This document shows, piece after piece, positions 1-7,994 of a DNA stretch of 24,694 nt. The stretch spans positions 1 through 24,694 of the forward strand of contig CAZCEM010000001.1 of the NCBI GenBank assembly GCA_964497555.1, read 5' to 3'. The number at the start of each line of letters is the position of its first letter. The first letter of the stretch is position 1. The DNA comes from an uncultured bacterium (lineage in GTDB: Bacteria > Electryoneota > AABM5-125-24 > Hatepunaeales > Hatepunaeaceae). The position numbers were made by a program, and so were the translations under genes. The notes under the pieces were generated by a model. The model was not told the origin of the DNA. It did not search any database and saw only the letters and a list, made by a program, of their open reading frames with translations.

Positions 1-1
1 G

Positions 2-850
2 ATAAATCCCGCCAAAATTGGGGCTGTCTATGTTGGCTCCGAATCCCATCCCTATGCCGTGAAGCCAACCGGCGCCACCCTCGCCGAAGCTATCGGAGCG
101 GTTCCCGATGTTCACACTGCCGACTTTGAATTCGCCTGCAAGGCTGGTTCAGAATCCATGTACGTAGCTTATTCGCAGGTAAAAGCCGGCTTAATCGAAT
201 ATGGTATCGGCTGCGGTGCGGACACCTCGCAGGGCGCGCCGGGTGATGCGTTGGAATACTCGGCTTCCGCAGGCGCGGCTGCTTTTATCTTCGGCGCTCA
301 GGACGTTATCGCTCGAGTTATTGAAACCTTCTCATTCACCACTGATACGCCCGACTTCTGGCGACGCGAACACCAACACTACCCGCAGCACGGAGGTCGT
401 TTTACCGGTGATCCTGCTTATTTCAAGCATACTCTCGGTGCGGCTAATGGTGTTATGGCCAAAGCCAATATGACCGCTAAGGATTTCGACTATGCGGTCT
501 TCCATCAGCCGAACGGCAAATTCCCTATGATGGCGGGGCAGAAACTGGGCATTCCTAAAGAGAAGATCGAGACTGGCTGGCTGGTGCCTTGGCTGGGCAA
601 TACTTACTCCGGCGCGTCTCCGCTGGGTCTCACTGCGGTGCTGGACGTCGCCAAGCCTGGCAGCGTCATTCTGATGGTGTCCTTTGGCTCGGGCGCTGGT
701 TCTGACGCCTTCATCTTCGAGGTTCTGGACGGCATCCAGGACAAGCAAGACCGTGCTCCCAAGACGCGCCCTCAGTTAGACGAGAACAAGATTTATCTTG
801 ACTACGGCCGGTATGCCAAGTTCCGCGGCAAGATCCTGCGTAACCAGTAA
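2..850 (+). CDS. Archaeal-type hydroxymethylglutaryl-CoA synthase, 5'-truncated by the window edge
   Basis: The frame is open from base 2 ([23 protein letters not shown]), so GTG at 59 is not the true start. Motifs [19 protein letters not shown] (catalytic Cys), [10 protein letters not shown] (His), GNTYSG and SFGSGAGSD match the archaeal HMGCS family. Confidence 0.9.
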   Translation: MNPAKIGAVYVGSESHPYAVKPTGATLAEAIGAVPDVHTADFEFACKAGSESMYVAYSQVKAGLIEYGIGCGADTSQGAPGDALEYSASAGAAAFIFGAQDVIARVIETFSFTTDTPDFWRREHQHYPQHGGRFTGDPAYFKHTLGAANGVMAKANMTAKDFDYAVFHQPNGKFPMMAGQKLGIPKEKIETGWLVPWLGNTYSGASPLGLTAVLDVAKPGSVILMVSFGSGAGSDAFIFEVLDGIQDKQDRAPKTRPQLDENKIYLDYGRYAKFRGKILRNQ

Positions 851-867
851 CCAAGGAGACCTATTTA

Positions 868-2028
868 ATGAGAGAAGTTGCTGTAATCGGCGTCGGGATG
901 CACAAGTGGGGCGAGCTGTGGGATATGTCCCTGCGGAACATGTTCCTTTTAGCGGCTCATAATGCCATCGCGGACGCCGGCGTTGACCATATAGATTCGA
1001 TGTACGTAGGCTGCATGTCGTGCGGACTGTTCGCGGCTCAGGAGCACATTGGCTCGCTGCTGGCGGACTATCTCGGCGTGACCCCGATCCCGGCTATGCG
1101 TGTGGAAAGCGCCTGTGCTTCAGGCGGAGCTGCCGTTCGCTTAGGCTGGATGGAAGTGGCTTCCGGCATCTCCGACATCGTGCTGGTCGGGGGCGTGGAA
1201 AAGATGACCGACATAACAGGCGACGAAGCCACTTTTACGCTTTCAACCGCGGCTGACACCGAATGGGAAGGCTACCAAGGCGTTACCTTCCCCGGTCTGT
1301 ACGCTATGATGGCTCGCGCTCACATGGAAAAGTACGGCTCGACCATGGAACAGTTTTCGCTGGTGTCGGTGAAGAACCACGCCAACGGGACTTTGAATCC
1401 CTACGCCCAATATCCCTTCCCGGTTACATTGGAAGCAGTAATGAATTCCACCAAGGTTGCTGAACCCTTGCGGCTTCTGCATTGCTCGCCGATTACCGAC
1501 GGCGCTGCGGCGGCGATTCTTTGCCCACTGGATTTAGCCAGGCAGAAGTTCAAGAACCATCCACTGACGGTCATAACCGGCTCCGGCATGGCTACCGACA
1601 CTATCGCCCTTCACTCCCGCGCGGACTTAACCACCATTAAGGCAGCTACCATAGCCGCAAAGAAGGCTTATGCCCTGGCGGGTGTGGGTCCCCGCGACAT
1701 TGACTTCGCTGAGGTGCATGACTGCTTCGCCAATGCGGAAGTGATGGTCACTGAAGCCATTGGCTTCTTTGAAGCCGGCGACGGCGGTCCGGCGGTTCAG
1801 CGCGGTGACACCACCCGTGATGGTAAGCTGCCGATCAACACCTCCGGTGGTTTGAAATCAAAGGGACACCCAGTTGGCGCAACTGGCGTGGCGCAGATTA
1901 TAGAAGTAGTCGAACAACTACGCGGTGAAGCGGGCAAGCGTCAGATCAAGAAAGCCCATCGCGGTCTGGCTCAGAACATGGGCGGCAGCGGCGGCAGCTC
2001 CGTAGTTCATATCCTCGAGAGGCGATAA
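868..2028 (+). CDS. Archaeal/SCP2-type acetoacetyl-CoA thiolase (partner of HMGCS and DUF35)
   Basis: Motifs ESACASGG (Cys), GGVEKM, EVHDCF and [23 protein letters not shown] at about 852. Sits between HMGCS and DUF35. Confidence 0.9.
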   Translation: MREVAVIGVGMHKWGELWDMSLRNMFLLAAHNAIADAGVDHIDSMYVGCMSCGLFAAQEHIGSLLADYLGVTPIPAMRVESACASGGAAVRLGWMEVASGISDIVLVGGVEKMTDITGDEATFTLSTAADTEWEGYQGVTFPGLYAMMARAHMEKYGSTMEQFSLVSVKNHANGTLNPYAQYPFPVTLEAVMNSTKVAEPLRLLHCSPITDGAAAAILCPLDLARQKFKNHPLTVITGSGMATDTIALHSRADLTTIKAATIAAKKAYALAGVGPRDIDFAEVHDCFANAEVMVTEAIGFFEAGDGGPAVQRGDTTRDGKLPINTSGGLKSKGHPVGATGVAQIIEVVEQLRGEAGKRQIKKAHRGLAQNMGGSGGSSVVHILERR

Positions 2029-2030
2029 AC

Positions 2031-2420
2031 ATGAAGATAAGATCACCTCGTTACCATCGCGAAATACCGCAGCGTTATCGCCTTGAAGCGGAGAAGACGT
2101 CCTCCGGTGTTACGTACTATCCCCCGCGTCCGGTATATCCGAATGGTGAGAAGGGCGAGAAGGTTATTTTAGCCGATCACGGTAAAATAGTTACATTTAC
2201 CGTGATTCACACTCCACCCAAGGAGCATTCCGATTTTTCGCCCTATGGATTGGCGATAGTCGAGCTGGACGACGGCATGCGCATCACAGTACAGCTCGCT
2301 GACGTAGCCGACCTTTCGACCATTACCACCGGCATGAGGGTGCGGCTGGAATTCCGGCGCATCCGTACCGAAGGTGAGGAAGGCTTGCTCTGTTACGGTC
2401 ATAAAGCTGTGCTGGAATAG
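2031..2420 (+). CDS. DUF35-family (rubredoxin-like/OB-fold) scaffold protein, lacking the CxxC zinc motifs
   Basis: Family-like segments PRYHREIPQRYRL, YYPPR, GKIVTFTVIH, PYGLAIVELDDG, GMRVRLEFRRI and YGHK. Starts 2 nt after the thiolase stop. Confidence 0.85.
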   Translation: MKIRSPRYHREIPQRYRLEAEKTSSGVTYYPPRPVYPNGEKGEKVILADHGKIVTFTVIHTPPKEHSDFSPYGLAIVELDDGMRITVQLADVADLSTITTGMRVRLEFRRIRTEGEEGLLCYGHKAVLE

Positions 2421-2440
2421 TCTTTCTTAAGTGCACTTCA

Positions 2441-2486
2441 CCTGCTTTTAGAGGGTGGACTGTTAAGTCCGCCCTCTGAGAGCAGG
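2441..2486 (+). terminator. Long stem-loop ending the HMGCS-thiolase-DUF35 unit (terminator or stability element)
   Basis: Arms 2441-2460 and 2467-2486 pair over 20 bp with three G.U wobbles. No clear U-tract follows. Confidence 0.5.
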
Positions 2487-2620
2487 ACTTCAGGATGAGC
2501 AGGATAATCCCTGTTAGTTTTTACTATAAAACAGGAATTATTCAACCTTAACATCCTTCACTTACCTTTCGGGCATTATCAGCTCGAAAGATCAACGACG
2601 TTAACATTCCTAAAATATTC

Positions 2621-4240
2621 TTGCGCCTCGTGAAAAGAATACAATCCCAAATTGATCCGCGCTCTGAGGAGTTTCAAGCAAATCGGGACGCCATGTTATC
2701 AACTGTGGGGCAGCTCCGTGAGCGCCTGAATCTGGTGAAACAGGGCGGTCCGCCTCAACACGTCGAGCGCCATAAAAAACGCGGCAAGCTCACTGCGCGT
2801 GAGCGCATTGACCGCCTGATAGACCCCGACACGCCCTTCCTCGAATTCAGCGCCCTGGCTGCCAACGGCATGTACAACGACGACGCTCCTTGCGCGGGGC
2901 TGGTCACCGGTGTGGGAGTGGTGCACGGCCGGGAGGTGCTGATTATATCCAACGACGCGACGGTCAAGGGTGGGACCTACTACCCCATAAGCATTCGCAA
3001 GCACGCCCGCGCGCAGGAAATCGCATTGGAGAACAACCTGCCCTGCGTTTATCTGGTGGACTCGGGGGGAGTGTTCCTGCCCCTGCAGGACGGGGTGTTT
3101 CCCGACAAGGATCATTTTGGGCGGATTTTCTACAATCAGGCGGTGTTGTCCGCTGCTGGAATTCCCCAGCTTTCAGCCGTGTTGGGATCCTGTACTGCGG
3201 GAGGGGCTTATGTGCCCGCAATGTCCGATGAGACGGTGATCGTTCGCAAGCAGGGAACTATCTTCATCGGCGGGCCGCCGCTGGTGAAGGCGGCTACCGG
3301 CATAGAGGTATCGGCCGAAGACCTGGGCGGCGCGGATGTGCATTGCCGTATCTCAGGCGTCAGCGACTACTACGCGCTGAACGACGAGCACGCCCTGCAG
3401 ATACTACGGGACATCATCGAGAACCTGAACCGTCCACCAAAATTCGAGTTGGAGCGTGACACGCCTGAAGATCCGTATTACGAACCGAACGAGTTATATG
3501 GCGTCATCCCTGCCGACATCCGCAAACCCTTTGACGTCCGGGAAGTAATCGCCCGGGTTGTCGATGGCAGCCGGTTCAGCGAGTTTAAAGAATTGCACGC
3601 GACCACGCTGATTACAGGCTTCGCTCGAATCATGGGCTATCCGGTGGGGATCGTGGCCAATAATGGAGTGCTGTTCGGCGAGTCGGGGCGCAAGGGCGCT
3701 CATTTCATCGAACTGTGCGCCATGCGGAAGATACCACTCATCTTTCTGCAGAATATCACTGGATTCATAGTCGGCAAGGAGTACGAACACAGCGGCATCG
3801 CCCGCGATGGCGCCAAAATGATCCATGCCGTGGCTAACGCCCAGGTGCCTCGATTTACTATAGTGATCGGCGGTTCTTACGGCGCGGGCAATTACGCCAT
3901 GTGCGGGCGTGGCTATTTTCCCCGGTTGATGTGGATGTGGCCCAATTCACGTATCTCCGTGATGGGCGGTGAGCAGGCGGCTAATGTGTTGTTACAGGTT
4001 AAAATGGAGCAGATGGAGAAGCAGGGCTTGCCGCCGATGAGCCTTGAGGAGCAGGAAGCCTTCAAGAAGCCGACACTGGATAAATACGAGCACGAAGGCA
4101 GCCCTTATTACGCCACCGCGCGTCTGTGGGACGACGGCATCTTGGACCCGCTGGATACCCGCTCGGCTCTGGGGCTGGCGATTTCCATGTCCCTGAACCA
4201 GCCGATACCCGATTATAAGATGGGTATTTTCAGGATGTAG
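2621..4240 (+). CDS. liuB: 3-methylcrotonyl-CoA carboxylase, carboxyltransferase (beta) subunit
   Basis: Motifs [41 protein letters not shown] and [14 protein letters not shown]; 539 aa; TTG start. Confidence 0.9.
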   Translation: MRLVKRIQSQIDPRSEEFQANRDAMLSTVGQLRERLNLVKQGGPPQHVERHKKRGKLTARERIDRLIDPDTPFLEFSALAANGMYNDDAPCAGLVTGVGVVHGREVLIISNDATVKGGTYYPISIRKHARAQEIALENNLPCVYLVDSGGVFLPLQDGVFPDKDHFGRIFYNQAVLSAAGIPQLSAVLGSCTAGGAYVPAMSDETVIVRKQGTIFIGGPPLVKAATGIEVSAEDLGGADVHCRISGVSDYYALNDEHALQILRDIIENLNRPPKFELERDTPEDPYYEPNELYGVIPADIRKPFDVREVIARVVDGSRFSEFKELHATTLITGFARIMGYPVGIVANNGVLFGESGRKGAHFIELCAMRKIPLIFLQNITGFIVGKEYEHSGIARDGAKMIHAVANAQVPRFTIVIGGSYGAGNYAMCGRGYFPRLMWMWPNSRISVMGGEQAANVLLQVKMEQMEKQGLPPMSLEEQEAFKKPTLDKYEHEGSPYYATARLWDDGILDPLDTRSALGLAISMSLNQPIPDYKMGIFRM

Positions 4241-4256
4241 AAGGAGGAGCGATGGG

Positions 4257-4706
4257 ATGGATTTGACGGCTAACATTGCGAGCATTCTTGGATTAGTTCT
4301 CTCGATTCTTATCCTTTTGTATTCCGGTACGATCAAGACAGCAGTGAACAATGCTAAAAGTGATCTTATCGGAGTTATAGGTAGAGAAGAGGTAATAGTC
4401 CAGATTGCTCACACTATCACAAAGGTTGAGAAATCTTCTGCATTGTTGACAATACCTGACCAGGCGGTCCTTGCCTCAGTTCTCTTGGAGGAGGCTCTCT
4501 CGGAGTTGATTTATTACATCGAGCGATGGCGTGATTCACTATCTCCAGAAAGATATGAGGATCTACTGGCTTCTCATTTTAGCCTTGAAGATGTTAGAAA
4601 AAAACTGTCTTCGGGGAAAGGATCACTGAAGAGTTCAAGAGAGGCGATCCATTCATCGATTCTCACTTTAAAAGTCGTTGAAGCCTCACTTAGAAAGGTA
4701 GGGTAG
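4257..4706 (+). CDS. Hypothetical protein with one N-terminal hydrophobic (TM or signal) segment, low GC
   Basis: 149-aa ORF with RBS AAGGAGG at 4241-4247 and hydrophobic stretch IASILGLVLSILILLYSG. No recognisable motif. Confidence 0.65.
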   Translation: MDLTANIASILGLVLSILILLYSGTIKTAVNNAKSDLIGVIGREEVIVQIAHTITKVEKSSALLTIPDQAVLASVLLEEALSELIYYIERWRDSLSPERYEDLLASHFSLEDVRKKLSSGKGSLKSSREAIHSSILTLKVVEASLRKVG

Positions 4707-4711
4707 GTAAA

Positions 4712-5071
4712 ATGTCAGACATACATACCACTGCATTAGAAAAGCGTATTCAACTTGTCGAATCTCTCATTTCTGCGACGGGAAAGGACCGGATTCGTTG
4801 GCGGCGCGTCTCAGAGGATACCTTTGAAGCAATTGTCAAAGAGAAGGGATTTCGACTTTTCAGAGATGAGAATGGACTCCATTTGCATGTTTCACAATTC
4901 ATTAGTATGGGATTATCGGACTGGGATTCAATTCTAATAATGGATAGTGGATCTGAAGATTCTATTGACAGTGTTTTAAGAAGGCTCTGGCGATTTATCG
5001 CAGACCGATACGACACTGGGAAAGTTGACGAATTAATTGACTTTCTCACTGGGAGCGGTGTTCTCCAATAG
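4712..5071 (+). CDS. Hypothetical soluble protein, low GC
   Basis: 119-aa ORF starting 5 nt after the previous stop, with GGTAGG upstream. No recognisable motif. Confidence 0.65.
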   Translation: MSDIHTTALEKRIQLVESLISATGKDRIRWRRVSEDTFEAIVKEKGFRLFRDENGLHLHVSQFISMGLSDWDSILIMDSGSEDSIDSVLRRLWRFIADRYDTGKVDELIDFLTGSGVLQ

Positions 5072-5090
5072 AATAGTCAAACTACTAAAC

Positions 5091-5867
5091 ATGAATACAA
5101 TTAATATTGAAAAGCAACTCCATTTCGCCCGCCTGACCCTCAACCGCCCCGACGTCCGCAACGCCTTCGACGAGCTGATGATCGCCGAGATCACTGAGGC
5201 GATGGAGTCGTTAAGCCGGGACGAAGCGGTGCGGGTAGTGGTCATCACCGGCGCGGGCACGGCTTTTTCAGCGGGCGCGGACATCAACTGGATGAAGCGG
5301 CTGGGTGAAGCTGATTTCGAGGAAAACTACCGCGACGCGCTGGGGCTGGCGGGAATGCTGGACGCCATTTACCGCTGCCCGAAAGCCACCATCGCCCGCG
5401 TGAACGGCCCCACTATCGGCGGCGGCTCTGGTATCGTTGCCGCTTGCGATATCGCTGTGGGTGATCCGAGCGCGTTCTTCAGCTTCAGCGAGGTGAAGAT
5501 CGGTCTGGTGCCGGCGTGTATCGGTCCCTACGTCATCCGCAAGGTCGGTGAAGGACGAGCGCGAGAGTTATTCATCTCCGGTCGCAGGATATGCGCCGCA
5601 GAAGCAGAACGGTTGGGTCTGCTTAATGAGGTCGCGGAGGAAGGCAAACTGGACGCTGCGGTCGATGCTATCGTCGCGCGGCTGCTGAGTTCCGGACCGC
5701 AGGCGATAATAATGGCGAAGGAACTGACGCGGAACGTGCCGTCGATGAGCCGGGAACAGTACATCGAATACACTGCCCGCTTGATCGCCAATATGCGCAC
5801 CAGCCCCGAAGGACGCGAAGGCACCAGAGCTTTTCTTGAGAAGCGCAAACCGAAGTGGAGTGAATAA
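5091..5867 (+). CDS. liuC: Crotonase-family enzyme, probably methylglutaconyl-CoA hydratase
   Basis: Motifs LTLNRPDVRNAF, FSAGADI, GGGSGIVAACD, FSEVKIGLVPACI and EGREGTRAFLEKRKPKW. ATG at 5091 is preferred over 5037, which overlaps the previous ORF. Lies between the MCC subunits. Confidence 0.8.
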   Translation: MNTINIEKQLHFARLTLNRPDVRNAFDELMIAEITEAMESLSRDEAVRVVVITGAGTAFSAGADINWMKRLGEADFEENYRDALGLAGMLDAIYRCPKATIARVNGPTIGGGSGIVAACDIAVGDPSAFFSFSEVKIGLVPACIGPYVIRKVGEGRARELFISGRRICAAEAERLGLLNEVAEEGKLDAAVDAIVARLLSSGPQAIIMAKELTRNVPSMSREQYIEYTARLIANMRTSPEGREGTRAFLEKRKPKWSE

Positions 5868-5868
5868 A

Positions 5869-5907
5869 CACTAAGGACACAAAGAACACAAAGTAGTTTT
5901 TTGTGTT
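5869..5907. repeat. Short tandem CACAAAG units with a partial inverted copy (degenerate palindromic element)
   Basis: Sequence cactaaggacacaaagaacacaaag, followed by tttgtgtt (5900-5907), which can pair with aacacaaa (5885-5892). Confidence 0.45.
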
Positions 5908-5955
5908 GGTATTAAAATCATAAGTTAAGACATATAATGTTGTTAAGCGGATAAC

Positions 5956-7476
5956 TTGAAGAAGTACTTCAACAAGATTCTGATCGCCAATCGCGGCGAG
6001 ATCGCCATCCGAGTCATACGCGCCTGCCGCGAACTGGACATCCCAACGGTGGCGGTGTACTCGGAGCCGGATGCTGCCGCCATGCATGTAAGGGAAGCGG
6101 ATGAAGCGGTCCTCATCGGCCCCGCGCCGCCGTCGGAGAGCTATCTCAACCAAGCTCGTATATTCCAGGCGGCTCATGAGCACGGCTGCGACGCGGTGCA
6201 TCCCGGCTACGGCTTCATGGCCGAAAACGCCTCCTTCGCTCGTCGCTGTGCTGAGGAAGGACTGACTTTCATTGGACCTTCGCCTGAAGCCATCACTTTG
6301 TTGGGCGACAAGGTCGCTTCCCGCCAGACCATGTCCAGCGCGGGTGTGCCGGTCATTCCAGGTGTGGACGATACTAGTCTTACCGACGCGGAACTGATAA
6401 AAGCCGCCGATAGAATTGGCTATCCCGTGCTCATCAAAGCCGCCGGTGGCGGCGGTGGCAAGGGCATGAGGGTGGTGCGAACGCCTGATGACTTTCAAGC
6501 CTCACTGGACGGGGCGCGACGCGAAGCCCAATCAGCCTTTGGCAATCCCACCGTCTTCCTCGAGCGATTTCTGGACAATCCTCGCCACATCGAATTCCAA
6601 ATCTTTGGCGACCAGCACGGCAACCGGGTGCATCTGTTCGAGCGCGAATGTTCCATCCAGCGTCGTCATCAAAAAATCATCGAGGAAACTCCCTCACCGG
6701 CGCTCGAAGAGGATTTGCGTCGGCGCATGGGCGAAACGGCCGTCAAGGTGGCGCAAACCGCCAACTACACCAACGCAGGGACGGTTGAGTTTTTGCTGGA
6801 CAAGGAGCGAAATTTCTACTTTCTCGAAGTGAATACCCGCATACAGGTCGAACATCCGGTGACCGAAGAAGTGCTGGGCGTAGATCTGGTGGTGGAGCAA
6901 ATCCGAGTGGCTGCCGGGGAGAAGCTATCCTGGTCGCAAGCTGACTTGAAGCAGCGAGGACACGCCCTCGAATGCCGGATCTACGCCGAAGACGCCGCAG
7001 CCGGCTTCCTGCCCGCTGCCGGTAAAGCCTTCGTCGTAGTGAGTCCCTCCGGTCCTGGGGTGCGCTTCGACTATGGATTAGAATCAGGGGACGATGTGAC
7101 GGTTTATTACGACCCCATCATCGGCAAGCTGATCACCAAAGGTGTAAACAGAAAATCATCCATCCGACGCATGGCCAAGGCGCTGGAGGAAATGGCCATT
7201 CTGGGTTTGACCACTAATATCGATTTCCTTAAAGAAGTGCTCGAACATCCGGCCTTCGCTGCCGGGGATCTACATATAGGCTTCTTAGACGAGAACCTGC
7301 CTCATTGGAAACCGGCGCCGCTCTCTGAGAAAGAGCGGCTGTTGGCGCTGGCATTGGCAGGCATGGCTGAGAGTCGCACGGTTGCGGCCGCGATGTCAAC
7401 CGGTGAAACATCCAGACTGCCTGAACCCTGGCAGACGCTGGGACGATGGGAAATCTGCGGAGGGAGCGGCCGGTGA
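5956..7476 (+). CDS. Biotin carboxylase subunit of methylcrotonyl-CoA carboxylase (N-terminal part of a split alpha subunit)
   Basis: Motifs KILIANRGEIA, HPGYGFMAEN, KAAGGGGGKGMR, RECSIQRRHQK, FLEVNTRIQVEHPVTE and YYDPIIGKLI. No biotinylation motif. Confidence 0.9.
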   Translation: MKKYFNKILIANRGEIAIRVIRACRELDIPTVAVYSEPDAAAMHVREADEAVLIGPAPPSESYLNQARIFQAAHEHGCDAVHPGYGFMAENASFARRCAEEGLTFIGPSPEAITLLGDKVASRQTMSSAGVPVIPGVDDTSLTDAELIKAADRIGYPVLIKAAGGGGGKGMRVVRTPDDFQASLDGARREAQSAFGNPTVFLERFLDNPRHIEFQIFGDQHGNRVHLFERECSIQRRHQKIIEETPSPALEEDLRRRMGETAVKVAQTANYTNAGTVEFLLDKERNFYFLEVNTRIQVEHPVTEEVLGVDLVVEQIRVAAGEKLSWSQADLKQRGHALECRIYAEDAAAGFLPAAGKAFVVVSPSGPGVRFDYGLESGDDVTVYYDPIIGKLITKGVNRKSSIRRMAKALEEMAILGLTTNIDFLKEVLEHPAFAAGDLHIGFLDENLPHWKPAPLSEKERLLALALAGMAESRTVAAAMSTGETSRLPEPWQTLGRWEICGGSGR

Positions 7477-7994
7477 AAAAGAAGCTGCTCTTCGCAGGTG
7501 AAGTATATGAGATCGAGCTTACTGTCAATAACGGCGACGCGAGAGCGGTCAGCAGAGGCATGGAATTGGTGCTGCCAATTCTGGCGCGTCGTGATGAGTT
7601 GATATTGCTCCGTCAGGACGGAGCGACTCTTAAAGCTTACATTCACCGCGACAAGGACAGGATATACGTACGAGTCGCCGGAAGGCACTGGGTTTTCGAG
7701 GACGTAACCCGCCGTGACGAACATGGCGCCGCAGGAGTGGGTGGAGCGGTTGACAACGTCGTGACTCCCATGCCCGGCTCGGTCATCAAGGTGCTGGTCG
7801 CGCCCGGTGAAAGAGTCAAAGCTGGAAAGACGCTGGTGATAGTCGAAGCCATGAAGATGGAGAACGAAGTCAAAGCCCCGGCGGACGTGGTGATAGCCAA
7901 GGTCAACGTGAAGCCCGGTCAACAAGTCAGCGCCGGGCAGGTGTTGGTGGAATTCGAGGCGTCGGATGGCGAAGGCGGCTCCGCCACTAATTGA
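7473..7994 (+). CDS. Biotin carboxyl carrier subunit with N-terminal beta-rich (BT-like) region
   Basis: Contains TPMPGSV and EAMKMENEV (biotinyl Lys). GTG at 7473 overlaps the upstream TGA (GTGA), with GGAGG at 7459-7463. Confidence 0.88.
   Translation: MKKKLLFAGEVYEIELTVNNGDARAVSRGMELVLPILARRDELILLRQDGATLKAYIHRDKDRIYVRVAGRHWVFEDVTRRDEHGAAGVGGAVDNVVTPMPGSVIKVLVAPGERVKAGKTLVIVEAMKMENEVKAPADVVIAKVNVKPGQQVSAGQVLVEFEASDGEGGSATN

Noticed and set aside
2-2420. PhlABC-like acyltransferase (polyketide tailoring) interpretation of the triad
   Set aside because: The first gene keeps the HMGCS catalytic Glu, Cys and His motifs, which PhlA is not known to use, and no type III PKS is in the window.
5668-6498. 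276-aa antisense ORF
   Set aside because: It shadows the hydratase and biotin carboxylase genes, shows no motifs, and is expected from GC-rich codon bias.
7440-7476. Programmed -1 frameshift fusing BC and BCCP
   Set aside because: GGGAAAT at 7448-7454 is not in the correct phase for the BC frame, and BCCP has its own SD and a GTGA coupled start.
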